Notes under the pieces: generated by a model
Told to the model about the DNA's origin: nothing
Databases searched by the model: none
Seen by the model: only the letters and a program-made list of their open reading frames with translations
Shown: positions 9,996-19,000 of the stretch, one piece after another
Layout of the letters: each line of letters opens with the position of its first letter
Numbering within the stretch: the first letter of the stretch is position 1
Origin: a virus
Lineage: Duplodnaviria > Caudoviricetes
Direction: 5' to 3' (one strand)
IMG/VR virus record: IMGVR_UViG_3300044636_000600
Coordinates: 1 to 62,597 of that record
DNA: 62,597 nucleotides
Position numbers and translations under genes: made by a program

Positions 9996-10471
9996 TGGCT
10001 AGTTCGACTTACAACACGATTGTCATTCGCTCCAACAATGCCGACAACATCGTGCAACGTGTGCGCGAAGCCAGAGCCGCCAGTGCGATTACGCCGGGGA
10101 TGCTCTGCGAGCTTACCACCAGTGGCACGATTCAGGCGCATAGCACCGAAGGCGGGGTCGCCAAGGGACGCCTGGTTGCGCTCGAAAACGAGTTCAGCGA
10201 CCACGGCACAGGCCGCGCCATCGACCACGCCTATGCTACTGGCGAAACCGTGCGCTATATCCACGCCATCCCTGGCGATCAACTGAACATGATCGTTGAG
10301 GATGCCGCCACCATCACCATCGGTGACGCGCTAGAGAGCAACGGTGCTGGCCTCCTGCAAGAGGAATCGCCCGGCACCAGCACTTTGTCGGACGGGATCA
10401 TCGGCTACGCGGCTAACGCTGTCACCACCAGTGGCGGTACGGCTCGCGTCCTCGTGGATATTGCATCATAA
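9995..10471 (+). CDS. Head decoration / cement protein
   Basis: Small beta-rich protein between scaffold and capsid (ITPGML, GDALESNGAG). Confidence 0.65.
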   Translation: MASSTYNTIVIRSNNADNIVQRVREARAASAITPGMLCELTTSGTIQAHSTEGGVAKGRLVALENEFSDHGTGRAIDHAYATGETVRYIHAIPGDQLNMIVEDAATITIGDALESNGAGLLQEESPGTSTLSDGIIGYAANAVTTSGGTARVLVDIAS

Positions 10472-10485
10472 AGGAGCTTGTAACA

Positions 10486-11541
10486 ATGTCGGAATTACAG
10501 ATCGTTAGCGCCTCGTCTGGCGAGGCTGCCAAGATCCTCGGCAATGGGGCGCGGCCTATTATCAACGAGAAGACCGGCCAACCGCTGTTCGACCAGCGCA
10601 CCGGCCAGTTGCAGATCATGACCAGCCGCGGCTTGGTAGTCAACAGCGCGTTGCGCAAAGACGAATGGGAAGAACTCGACGGGGCCATCGTGCAGGCCGC
10701 GGTTGCCCCGCTCAACATGACCCAGCGCATGATTACCGCTGGCTTGACCCGTCCGTTGGGTGGACTTGGCACGCTGATTGCGCAGTACAACCAGATCAGC
10801 GAAATGACTGCTGCAAACGTGAGCCTTTCCGGGAACGCCAGCGGCCAAAAGGATCGGGTTGATTACGACCTGGTCGGCGTGCCTGTGCCGGTCATCTTCA
10901 AGGAGTTTGAGTTGAACCAGCGCTACCTGGAAGCTTCCCGCCGGTTGGGTGACAGCATCGACACCGCCAACGGTGCGGCTGCTGCCCGCGTGGTTGGCGA
11001 AAAGGTCGAGGATCTGCTGATCAATGGTGACACGAGTGTCAACCTGAACGGTAACACCATTCATGGATTGACTAGTCACCCCGACCGCAATACCAACACC
11101 GCCACGGCGCTTGGCGGTGGCGACTTCGCTACCATCAGCAACATCATGCCGACATTCAGCGGCATCTTGTCCGAACTCAAGGCCGACAACTACCGTGGCC
11201 CTTACGGCGTATTCGTGGCCGATACCCAATACGATCAAATGGCGTTCAATGTCTACTCTGACGGCAGTGGGCAAAGTGCGCTGAATCGCGTACTGCAAAT
11301 CCCGTCGATTCAGTTCATCGACTCGTCCGCTTGGTTGGATGCCGGTGAAATTGTTGTTGTCAATCTGAGCCGCGACGTGGTGGAACTGGCCTACGTCCAA
11401 CAGTATTGGCCGATCACCAATCTGGAATGGACAAGTGGCGACGGAATGCAAAGCAATTTTAAGGTGATGACCGTGTTCGCGCCGATGGTCAAAAGCGACT
11501 ACAGCGGTCGATCCGGCGTGTTCCACTGCACCGGCGCTTAA
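10486..11541 (+). CDS. Major capsid protein (HK97 fold, linocin M18/encapsulin-like)
   Basis: LRKDEWEELDGAIV, PVPVIFKEF, GLTSHPDRNT motifs; AAGGAG RBS; gene order. Confidence 0.85.
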   Translation: MSELQIVSASSGEAAKILGNGARPIINEKTGQPLFDQRTGQLQIMTSRGLVVNSALRKDEWEELDGAIVQAAVAPLNMTQRMITAGLTRPLGGLGTLIAQYNQISEMTAANVSLSGNASGQKDRVDYDLVGVPVPVIFKEFELNQRYLEASRRLGDSIDTANGAAAARVVGEKVEDLLINGDTSVNLNGNTIHGLTSHPDRNTNTATALGGGDFATISNIMPTFSGILSELKADNYRGPYGVFVADTQYDQMAFNVYSDGSGQSALNRVLQIPSIQFIDSSAWLDAGEIVVVNLSRDVVELAYVQQYWPITNLEWTSGDGMQSNFKVMTVFAPMVKSDYSGRSGVFHCTGA

Positions 11542-11553
11542 TAGGAGGCTGAC

Positions 11554-11886
11554 ATGGCAGTACGAACAACGGCTGTGCTGAAAAGCCAGTTTCTAGGCAG
11601 AGATCCGGTGGATCATAACACCGATGTAGTGGATACTTTGTCGGCGTTGCTCAGTGGTTTGAAGTTTATCACGGTTGATGGGCGCAGCGGCCCTGGTGCC
11701 ATCACGGCGACCGGTGCCGCTGTGGGCGATACGGTGGTTGGCGTTGCCGGCCTGACCGCTGGTGCGTTGGGCGCGGCTGACGCTTCGTTCGAGGGCACAA
11801 TTACGGTGCTGAACCAGATTCAGCAGTCGAGCGCCAGCAATCTAAGCGCCAACGATTACCTGGTGGTTTTGGCTAGTTTGGCATAG
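11554..11886 (+). CDS. Putative virion structural protein
   Basis: AGGAGG RBS; Gly/Ala-rich; in head operon. Confidence 0.6.
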   Translation: MAVRTTAVLKSQFLGRDPVDHNTDVVDTLSALLSGLKFITVDGRSGPGAITATGAAVGDTVVGVAGLTAGALGAADASFEGTITVLNQIQQSSASNLSANDYLVVLASLA

Positions 11887-11893
11887 GTGGATT

Positions 11894-12250
11894 ATGGCAC
11901 TGTACCGAGTACGACCGGGTTTTGAGCATGGCACGCGTGGCTGCTACAAAGCCGGGGACATCGTTGAACACACACCGGAAGAGGCGGCAGGTTTTGCCGA
12001 CAAGTTGGAGTTGGTGGAAGTCGAACCGGCTCCAACTATCAAGCAACCGACTGACGCGCCGGTGGAAGTAGTGCCAGTTGTCGAGCAACCATTCGATGTG
12101 ACCGGCTCCACGGTGGCTGCGGTTCTGGCCGCCGTGGAAACAGGCGCAATCACAGCGACTGATGCGCTGGTAATTGAGACGGCCAACCGCAATCGAGCAA
12201 CGCTTGTTAAGGCTTTGCAGGAGTTGATCAGTGGCGCTGACGGCGAGTGA
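11894..12250 (+). CDS. Hypothetical head-associated protein
   Basis: Operon position; C-terminal E..NRNRATLVKAL helix. Confidence 0.6.
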   Translation: MALYRVRPGFEHGTRGCYKAGDIVEHTPEEAAGFADKLELVEVEPAPTIKQPTDAPVEVVPVVEQPFDVTGSTVAAVLAAVETGAITATDALVIETANRNRATLVKALQELISGADGE

Positions 12251-12587
12251 TTTGATCTATCCCAATGGCGATCTACTGCCTTCCATGTTCCCCGATGGTG
12301 ACATTAACACCGCCGTCGGGGTATGGTTGGCAGATGCCGTTGGCAAGACTGCCAGCGAATCGGCGCAACGCCACTGGATATATCATCGCGCCTATACCGT
12401 GATTGCCAACCGCATCGCATCCACGCCGTCAAACGAAAGCTCATTCGACAATCACACTGTCGCTTGGTCTGATAATCGTGTGTCGGCTTTTGAAGAAAAG
12501 GCGACAAAGCATCTAGCCGAGTATGGCCGTATCAGCGGTGACGACACCATGAGCAGCACACGACCGGCATCACTGAGGGTGTATTGA
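12231..12587 (+). CDS. Putative head-tail adaptor
   Basis: Size and position; overlapping genes. Confidence 0.5.
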   Translation: MALTASDLIYPNGDLLPSMFPDGDINTAVGVWLADAVGKTASESAQRHWIYHRAYTVIANRIASTPSNESSFDNHTVAWSDNRVSAFEEKATKHLAEYGRISGDDTMSSTRPASLRVY

Positions 12588-13099
12588 TGGAATCGCTTTG
12601 GAACGCACTTGACGATTACCTGGCGACGCAGTTGCTTGCGGCGCTGGGCAGCGCTGGCAGCTATGCAACGCTGAGGATTACACAGGTTGACAAGCTGGCT
12701 CAGGTTGACGTGCAGGACTGGACAAAGAGTTACGTAGCGCCTTTTCAGATTGTAATGTCGTTTCAGTCGCGCGCCGTGGCCGCCGGTCATGATGGCAGCA
12801 GCACGATAAAGCGTGATGTTGAATATTCGGTTGTTGTGATCAGCGTCTGTGAAGGCACGCCAGCAGACGCCACCAGGGATGCCAAGATTTTAGTGCATCG
12901 CACCGAGAAGTTATTGGCTACACTCAACTTTGCCGGGGTTGCGGCGACCGATGGATCGCTGTTGCGGGGGCGTCCACGAGGTAACAACAGTATGTTTGCC
13001 AGCGTTGTCGAGCTATTCCCGCACCCTAGTCAGAATCGGGCAAACCTGCGGTATGGCGTTGGCACAACAGCATTTTCCATACAGGGATTAACAGTATGA
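12587..13099 (+). CDS. Putative tail terminator / neck protein
   Basis: Position upstream of tail tube; TGATG coupling. Confidence 0.5.
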   Translation: MESLWNALDDYLATQLLAALGSAGSYATLRITQVDKLAQVDVQDWTKSYVAPFQIVMSFQSRAVAAGHDGSSTIKRDVEYSVVVISVCEGTPADATRDAKILVHRTEKLLATLNFAGVAATDGSLLRGRPRGNNSMFASVVELFPHPSQNRANLRYGVGTTAFSIQGLTV

Positions 13100-13305
13100 C
13101 CAGACAGCAAGCTTTGGATTATATCACTACCACGCATGGCGAGGCATTGCAGGATGCGGGCGTTGAATTGACCGATACGCCGCAGAACCTGTTTTACGTG
13201 CTGTGGGACGTCATGATCTACGAAAGCGCCGGCGATGAAGCGCAAGAGGCTGAGGCGGATCGCAAAGTGGCGCGGTTGATTGCCGATAAAACGGCGGGGA
13301 GTTAA
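13096..13305 (+). CDS. Hypothetical protein
   Basis: ATGA overlap with upstream gene. Confidence 0.6.
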   Translation: MTRQQALDYITTTHGEALQDAGVELTDTPQNLFYVLWDVMIYESAGDEAQEAEADRKVARLIADKTAGS

Positions 13306-13308
13306 TAA

Positions 13309-14352
13309 ATGTCGGCAACATCGGAAGCCAATAGTTTAGGGTCATTTTTTGCCGTTGGCGTGCAGAGCGCTAAAGGCACGGCGGCTACAACGCTGTATCG
13401 GTTGATTGCAACCGAGAGCAGTCTCGCGCCAGAATTTGAATACCGTGACACGCGGCTAGAACATCCTAGCGCCGGCGGGACAACCTCGTGGGCGCGGGCG
13501 CACGCTGACCAGGTAACAGGCTACATCGGGCGTGCAACGGTCACGTTCCCATTGCGGCCAAAAGGGATCGTGCCGGTATTGCAGGCCACTGGCTACCAAG
13601 TGGCGACCGCGGGGAGCGCCACGCTAGGCTACACGCACACGTTGACGCAGGGGACAGACACCGCTCACAAGTGGGTGACGGCCATGTGGGAGGTTGAGGA
13701 CAGCGACGGCGCCTATTACGTCCGTGCTGTCGATGGCCGCTGTACATCGTTGTCCATCAGCGTTAGCACTGACGAAATCATGTGTACCGCCGAGTTTGGC
13801 TTTTTGACATTGGCGGCATTTTCCGGCACACAACCAACGTATGTGACCGAACAAGCTGACGAGATCGTACCTTGGATTGGCGCACGTACTGATATTGACA
13901 TTGGCGGCTACACCGTAATCGAGGTCATCCGCGCCGCCGAATTCACATTCACCAACGCGTTACGTGAGGATGACAAAGCGCTTTGGTCGCAAGCCCGCGT
14001 CAATATGCAACGCCAGTCGATTGACATTCAGGCGTCATTCAGCGAAATCAACGCCAGTGATTCCATTTACGAATCATTGTATTACGGCGCTGACGCGGGG
14101 ACGACCGTGGCGACGGGGCCGATACGGGGCAATATCGACGTTGAATGGCGTAGCGCCGACAACATCAGTGGCACATCGCCGTTGATCCCGTTTGAGTTCC
14201 AGTTCATTGCGCCGTCCGTCCAGTGGCAGCCGGGGGACGCACCGAGCGCCAGCGGTGACGATCTGATCACCATGAGCGCGGATGGCTACGTGCTGGGTGA
14301 CGTGGCGACGCCATCCACCATTAAAGTTATCAACAATGTGGCGACCTACTAA
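13309..14352 (+). CDS. Major tail tube protein
   Basis: FAVGVQSAKGT N-terminus, YTHTLT, beta-rich 347 aa; precedes tail chaperone. Confidence 0.75.
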   Translation: MSATSEANSLGSFFAVGVQSAKGTAATTLYRLIATESSLAPEFEYRDTRLEHPSAGGTTSWARAHADQVTGYIGRATVTFPLRPKGIVPVLQATGYQVATAGSATLGYTHTLTQGTDTAHKWVTAMWEVEDSDGAYYVRAVDGRCTSLSISVSTDEIMCTAEFGFLTLAAFSGTQPTYVTEQADEIVPWIGARTDIDIGGYTVIEVIRAAEFTFTNALREDDKALWSQARVNMQRQSIDIQASFSEINASDSIYESLYYGADAGTTVATGPIRGNIDVEWRSADNISGTSPLIPFEFQFIAPSVQWQPGDAPSASGDDLITMSADGYVLGDVATPSTIKVINNVATY

Positions 14353-14354
14353 TC

Positions 14355-14825
14355 ATGAATCTCAATAACTGGCAACGCACTGAGCCGGTAAGCCTGTTTG
14401 TCTCCGATGGCGAGATGGAGCAGGAATACCGGTTGACCTTTGGCACTTGCAGTAACTTTGATATTGGCCTATTCAATCGTCGCCGCGGGCGTGTGTTTGA
14501 GTCCATGCGCACCACCTACGGCGACGACTGGATCAAAAACGACGAAGCCATTGTCATGCAAGGCGTGATGATTGCTCATGCGATGGTGATGGCGGCGCTC
14601 AAGCGGGTGGAAGTCAAGGATGGCGACGCCTGGACGGAAACCAAGCTGCCCGACGCCTGGTATGATGCTGAACGCTTTGCGCGTGAGGTTCCCGCCGGCA
14701 TGATGGACGTGCTGACCGATGCCGTGATCGATGCTGGCAATCCTGCACGCCTGTTCTCGTTTATCCCCAGCGGAGACGAGGAAAAAAAAGTGCTGCGGCT
14801 GACCGTGCAGCCGTCAAAGAACTAG
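14355..14825 (+). CDS. Tail assembly chaperone (gpG-like)
   Basis: Follows tail tube; carries slippery GAAAAAAAAG at 14781-14790. Confidence 0.75.
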   Translation: MNLNNWQRTEPVSLFVSDGEMEQEYRLTFGTCSNFDIGLFNRRRGRVFESMRTTYGDDWIKNDEAIVMQGVMIAHAMVMAALKRVEVKDGDAWTETKLPDAWYDAERFAREVPAGMMDVLTDAVIDAGNPARLFSFIPSGDEEKKVLRLTVQPSKN

Positions 14826-15133
14826 CGAAGGCTATTGTCGCGGCGGAAGCGGCGGCGAAGGAAGATAAGCCGAAGCGCCCACCGTCGCCGGCAGAGTTAC
14901 GGGCAAAGGCGAAAGAGGAAGAGTTTGACGGCTTATGCGATCCAGACTTTATCGAAACCGTTTATGTACCCTGGTATGTTCTCGGCGGTGAGCAGCGAGG
15001 ATTCTCGTACACTGAAATCGTGTCTATGCCACCCGCGCACAGACACGATTTTCTGTATGTCAATCGGGTAATCGGTGACGAGCGAGACAAGGCGAAGAAG
15101 GCCAAACCGGTGAAACCGAAGGGGCGGCGGTAG
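14783..15133 (+). CDS. -1 frameshift extension of tail chaperone (gpGT-like)
   Basis: A AAA AAA heptamer in gpG frame; -1 frame open 114 codons (SAAADRAAVKELAKAI...KPKGRR) to TAG 15131-15133. Confidence 0.75.
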   Translation, partial: KKSAAADRAAVKELAKAIVAAEAAAKEDKPKRPPSPAELRAKAKEEEFDGLCDPDFIETVYVPWYVLGGEQRGFSYTEIVSMPPAHRHDFLYVNRVIGDERDKAKKAKPVKPKGRR

Positions 15134-15135
15134 AC

Positions 15136-15678
15136 ATGTTCACCTTAACCACAAACGCAAAATTTGACGAGCTTGAACGCCTGATCGGCAAAATCGCCCG
15201 TCCCGGCGCCGGTGAGACACGGAAAATCGCTGATGGTATCCGGCAAGAGTTTCAGCGGAATTTTAGCACCGAAGGGCGCGCGTCCGGCGACCCGTGGAAG
15301 CAGTTACACCCCGTAACCGTTGCTACTCGCACAAAATTAGGCTGGCCCAGTCGTCGCCCAATCTTGGTGCGCACCGGCAAATATCGCGCCAGCTTCGTGC
15401 AGCGTGGCGGCCAGCACATCGAGTCAATCACCACAGGCGGCGCGGGATTACAAATTGACGTTGGTAGCCAGTTAGCGAACCGTATCCACGAGCGCGGCGG
15501 CGTGACAAGCATTCCGAGTTTACAGGAGGGGCGTAGCGGATGGATGCACGTTGGCGGCGCTCGCAGTGTGTTTGTACCGCAACGCTCTGTCTTGAATCTG
15601 GGCGACGAACAGGAAGCGCGATTGGCGCGCATGGTTGACTTTGTAATTGAGCAAATCGAACGCCGGGAATGGCGGTAA
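15136..15678 (+). CDS. Virion morphogenesis / tail completion protein (Mu gpG-like)
   Basis: NFSTEG...PWKQL...ILVRTG...IHERGG...VPQRSVL pattern. Confidence 0.7.
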   Translation: MFTLTTNAKFDELERLIGKIARPGAGETRKIADGIRQEFQRNFSTEGRASGDPWKQLHPVTVATRTKLGWPSRRPILVRTGKYRASFVQRGGQHIESITTGGAGLQIDVGSQLANRIHERGGVTSIPSLQEGRSGWMHVGGARSVFVPQRSVLNLGDEQEARLARMVDFVIEQIERREWR

Positions 15679-15930
15679 CTATTTCCTGGTTAGCGGATTA
15701 GGGCGCGGTGCTGGTGGCTCTGTTGACTCGACCTTGGCGATGATGGCTTTTGGCGCATCGCTGGTGCGTTCGGCAGCAATGGCCTGGAGTAGTTCAGTTT
15801 GGCGCTTGAGCAAGTCAACGATTTCGCCAATGCGAAAATACCAGAGAACTATTTCACGCAGGACGACAAAGGCGAATCCGGCCAAAAGCAGTACGACGCC
15901 TGTAATAATCAGGCCACTAGATGAATCCAT
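15679..15930 (-). CDS. Small single-pass membrane protein (moron-like)
   Basis: Hydrophobic N-terminal helix, LREIVLWYFRI; AAAGGA RBS; upstream TTGACA at 15992-15997. Confidence 0.65.
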   Translation of the reverse strand: MDSSSGLIITGVVLLLAGFAFVVLREIVLWYFRIGEIVDLLKRQTELLQAIAAERTSDAPKAIIAKVESTEPPAPRPNPLTRK

Positions 15931-16009
15931 AGCGGTTTCCTTTCGTTTTTATTGATTACGCTAATTTTAGTTTGCCACCCCATTAGTTTTTTGTCAACTG
16001 AGATCAACT

Positions 16010-19000
16010 ATGCCTAGCAGAGAGCTAATATATCGCGTTTCGGTTCAGACGAGTGACGCGAAGCGTCAAGCGCAAAACATGCGGTCTGTGTTTGAGGCCG
16101 AACTGCGCCAAATCAATGTCGGCAAACTCGACACCTCTGGACTAAAGGCGGCACAGGGGCAAGCCAAGTTGTTTGCGGCGGAAATGGAACGTGCCGTCAA
16201 GGCTGGCGATCTGGGACAACTCGATACCTCCGGCATTCAGCGGGCGGTTAGCGAAGCGCAAGCGTTGCGCACGGCATTTGAGCAGGCGGGCAACGCCGCG
16301 GCAAACGTTCGGCCACCATCAGTTGGCGGTGGCGGCATCCCTAGCGGGTTAGCTGGCGGCTTACTAGGCGGCTTTGCTGGTGGCATCGCTATCAATGAAT
16401 TAAAGGAATTAGGGCAACAGTTATCCGAAACGGCGCGGCGCGGCGCTGTCTTTCAGCAGTTAGGTGACGTGCTAGACGATTATACGCGCAGTGTTGGCAC
16501 CAACGCCAGCGCCATGATTGACGCAGCGAAGAAGGCCGCGCAAGGGACGATCTCCGAGTACGAATTGATCTTAAATGCGAATCGCGCGATTCAATTCGAG
16601 GTCGCCAAAACCCCCGAAGCTTTCGCAAAACTAATTGAGCTTTCCACGGCGCTTGGGCGAGCGCAGGGCATAGCCGATACGCAGGCGTTGGAGTTCTTGA
16701 CGACCGGTCTAGCGCGTGAGAGCCGGCTGATTTTGGATAACTTGGGCCTGATCATTGACCTGGAAGCCGCCACGAAACGGTACGCCGAAACGATAGGCAA
16801 AAGCGCCGATCAGCTAACGACCGCCGAGCGGAAACAGGCATTGTTGGAAGAAGCTTTTCGCCAGGGTGCAACTGCTATTGAAGCGAACCGGGATGCCGCC
16901 GATAGCGCTGCCACACAGTTCGAGCGGCTCGATGCCAACTCACAAAACTTACGCGATCAGCTAGGCGAATTGATCGCCCAAGGCAGCGCCGCTTATATCG
17001 CAAGTTTGGCCGATGCGCTAGAACACGCAAGCAATGTGTTAGATGGGCGCGCTGAGCTTCCCGGCTGGTTGGAGGGCATGGGGCAAGCAGCGCTGGATGC
17101 GGCCAACGGCATGGAGGCCCGCACGATTCAGACGGAGGTGCTACGCCAGGCGATGGCCGTTCTTGGTGCGTCAGTGGTTGGATTTAACGAAACCGTTCGC
17201 GCCGGAGCAGCAAAGGAGCTTACTGACGCCTTCGATCAAATGGAAGGCGTCGTGACCAATGCCGGTGTCGCCATTGACATGACCGGCCAAAAGGCCAAAG
17301 CGGTTAGTGCCGAGATTCTCACGTTGTACGGGGATCAGGAATCATCAATCAATAAGGCTCTGATGGGCCGCGCCGAGAAATCAGTCGATACTATCGGGCC
17401 GGATCAGGCGCTGGCACAATACCGGCAGGCAAAAGCAGACGCTGAAGCCGCCTTGCAATCGTTGATGGATGCCGGCGTCACCGATGCCACAGAACTACAA
17501 TTCCGCAGTGCTGAAATCCTAACAAGCCTGCTTGTGCCTTTCGATGAACTAGAGGCGCGCGCCAATCAAATCGACTTTTCCGCAATGAGTGGCGCTATAT
17601 CCAGTCTCAACGCTGGCTTTGTCGATTTTCTTCCCGGCGTATCATCGGCGCGGGAAGAATTGGCGTCTCTGTCACAGGAGATGATGTTTTCCTCAACCGT
17701 CACGGCGGAACAACTTGCTCAGTTTAAATACCTCTCCGCCGTCGCCTACAGCGTGGCCGATGGTGGCAGTCAACTAAGCGCGGTCATCAACGATTTGGGC
17801 AATGACTTTTTGGCGTCCAACGCGTATGCCGCCGAACTTGTCAATCAACTGGTTTTGACCGAAGCTGCTTACCGCAACGGGGCAATCACTGGCGACATTT
17901 ACGCCGGGGTGACGGCCACACTAACGGGAAAACTGCTGACACTGGCGCAAGGCGCTGGCATTGCCACCGGTGCGATTTACGCACTCAATAGTGCGCAGGC
18001 TGACATGGCATCACCGGCGGGGCGCGCTATCGGTGGCAGCATCGCCAACCGCATCCAGTCGCAGCAGCAGGCCAGCGGGCGCGAACAGAACCGGCGCGAA
18101 ATGGAGCGCTATAACAGAGATTTGGCACGGTCGCAGGAACGGTCAGCGGGCCGTGCTGGCAAACTGTTGGAAGACGGCGCCAAAAAAGCCAGCCAGGAAT
18201 TAAGGTCAGCACTTGACAAAGTGCCGGGGCTGTTTAGCGCGTCGCAGGTCACTGAGCAGGATATGAAGGACACCGAGTTGGGTGTCTATCAGGAAAAAGC
18301 CGATGAGTACCTGCGGCGCCTGCGGGATGAGGTGCAAAACGGCAACGACTGGGAAGATGTGAGCCTGGAAGAAGCGCGGGCAGGGTTGGAACGCGCTGGA
18401 CTGGAAGTGGGCAGTACGGCGGAGCAAACGGTGGCGCTCTTGGAAAAGGCGATCAATGACAGTTCGCTTTATTCCGCCGTCGAGAACATCCCCATCTTTA
18501 TCAACGAAGAAGCGGTCAAATTCACGCAAGAGCTACAGAGCAAAAGCGAGCAGGGCCGCAAAAATATTTACGAGTATTTCGGTATCCAAGTTGACGAGGC
18601 GGTTGGCGCAGCGACGGGTGGCGGTGGCGGTGGTGTTGCGGTCAGGCCACCGGAGCTAATCGACATTGATCCGTTTACTGATGGCGTACAGACCGGGCTA
18701 GATGAATACGTGGCCGCCAGCGGTGAATCTGTTCGTGAGCAGATAGCAAACGCGACCCGTCCCTTTTTCAATCCTGACGAGTTATTCTTACCCGGTACTA
18801 TGGGGGCGGCAACTAAGCCGGGGGGGGCTGGTGCTACTGACGCCATTGCGCAGGCACTAGCACCGCTTGTGTCGGCAGTCACCGGCATACAGGGTGCAAA
18901 ACCTCAGCCGGCAATTACCCCAACTGTGGATGGCGCGGCACTACAGGCAGAGCTTGACAAGTTGCAAATTACCATTGCGCCCACGTTGGCGGCTGACGCT

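Noticed and set aside
10495-11526. 343-aa antisense ORF (also 19030-19950, 2581-3231 and similar)
   Set aside because: Shadow frames of real GC-rich genes, without RBS or motifs.
10486-11541. Bacterial encapsulin nanocompartment
   Set aside because: Lies in a terminase-portal-scaffold-tail operon, so it is a phage capsid.
14835-15071. 78-aa Arg-rich ORF
   Set aside because: Region is better explained by the -1 frameshift frame of the tail chaperone.
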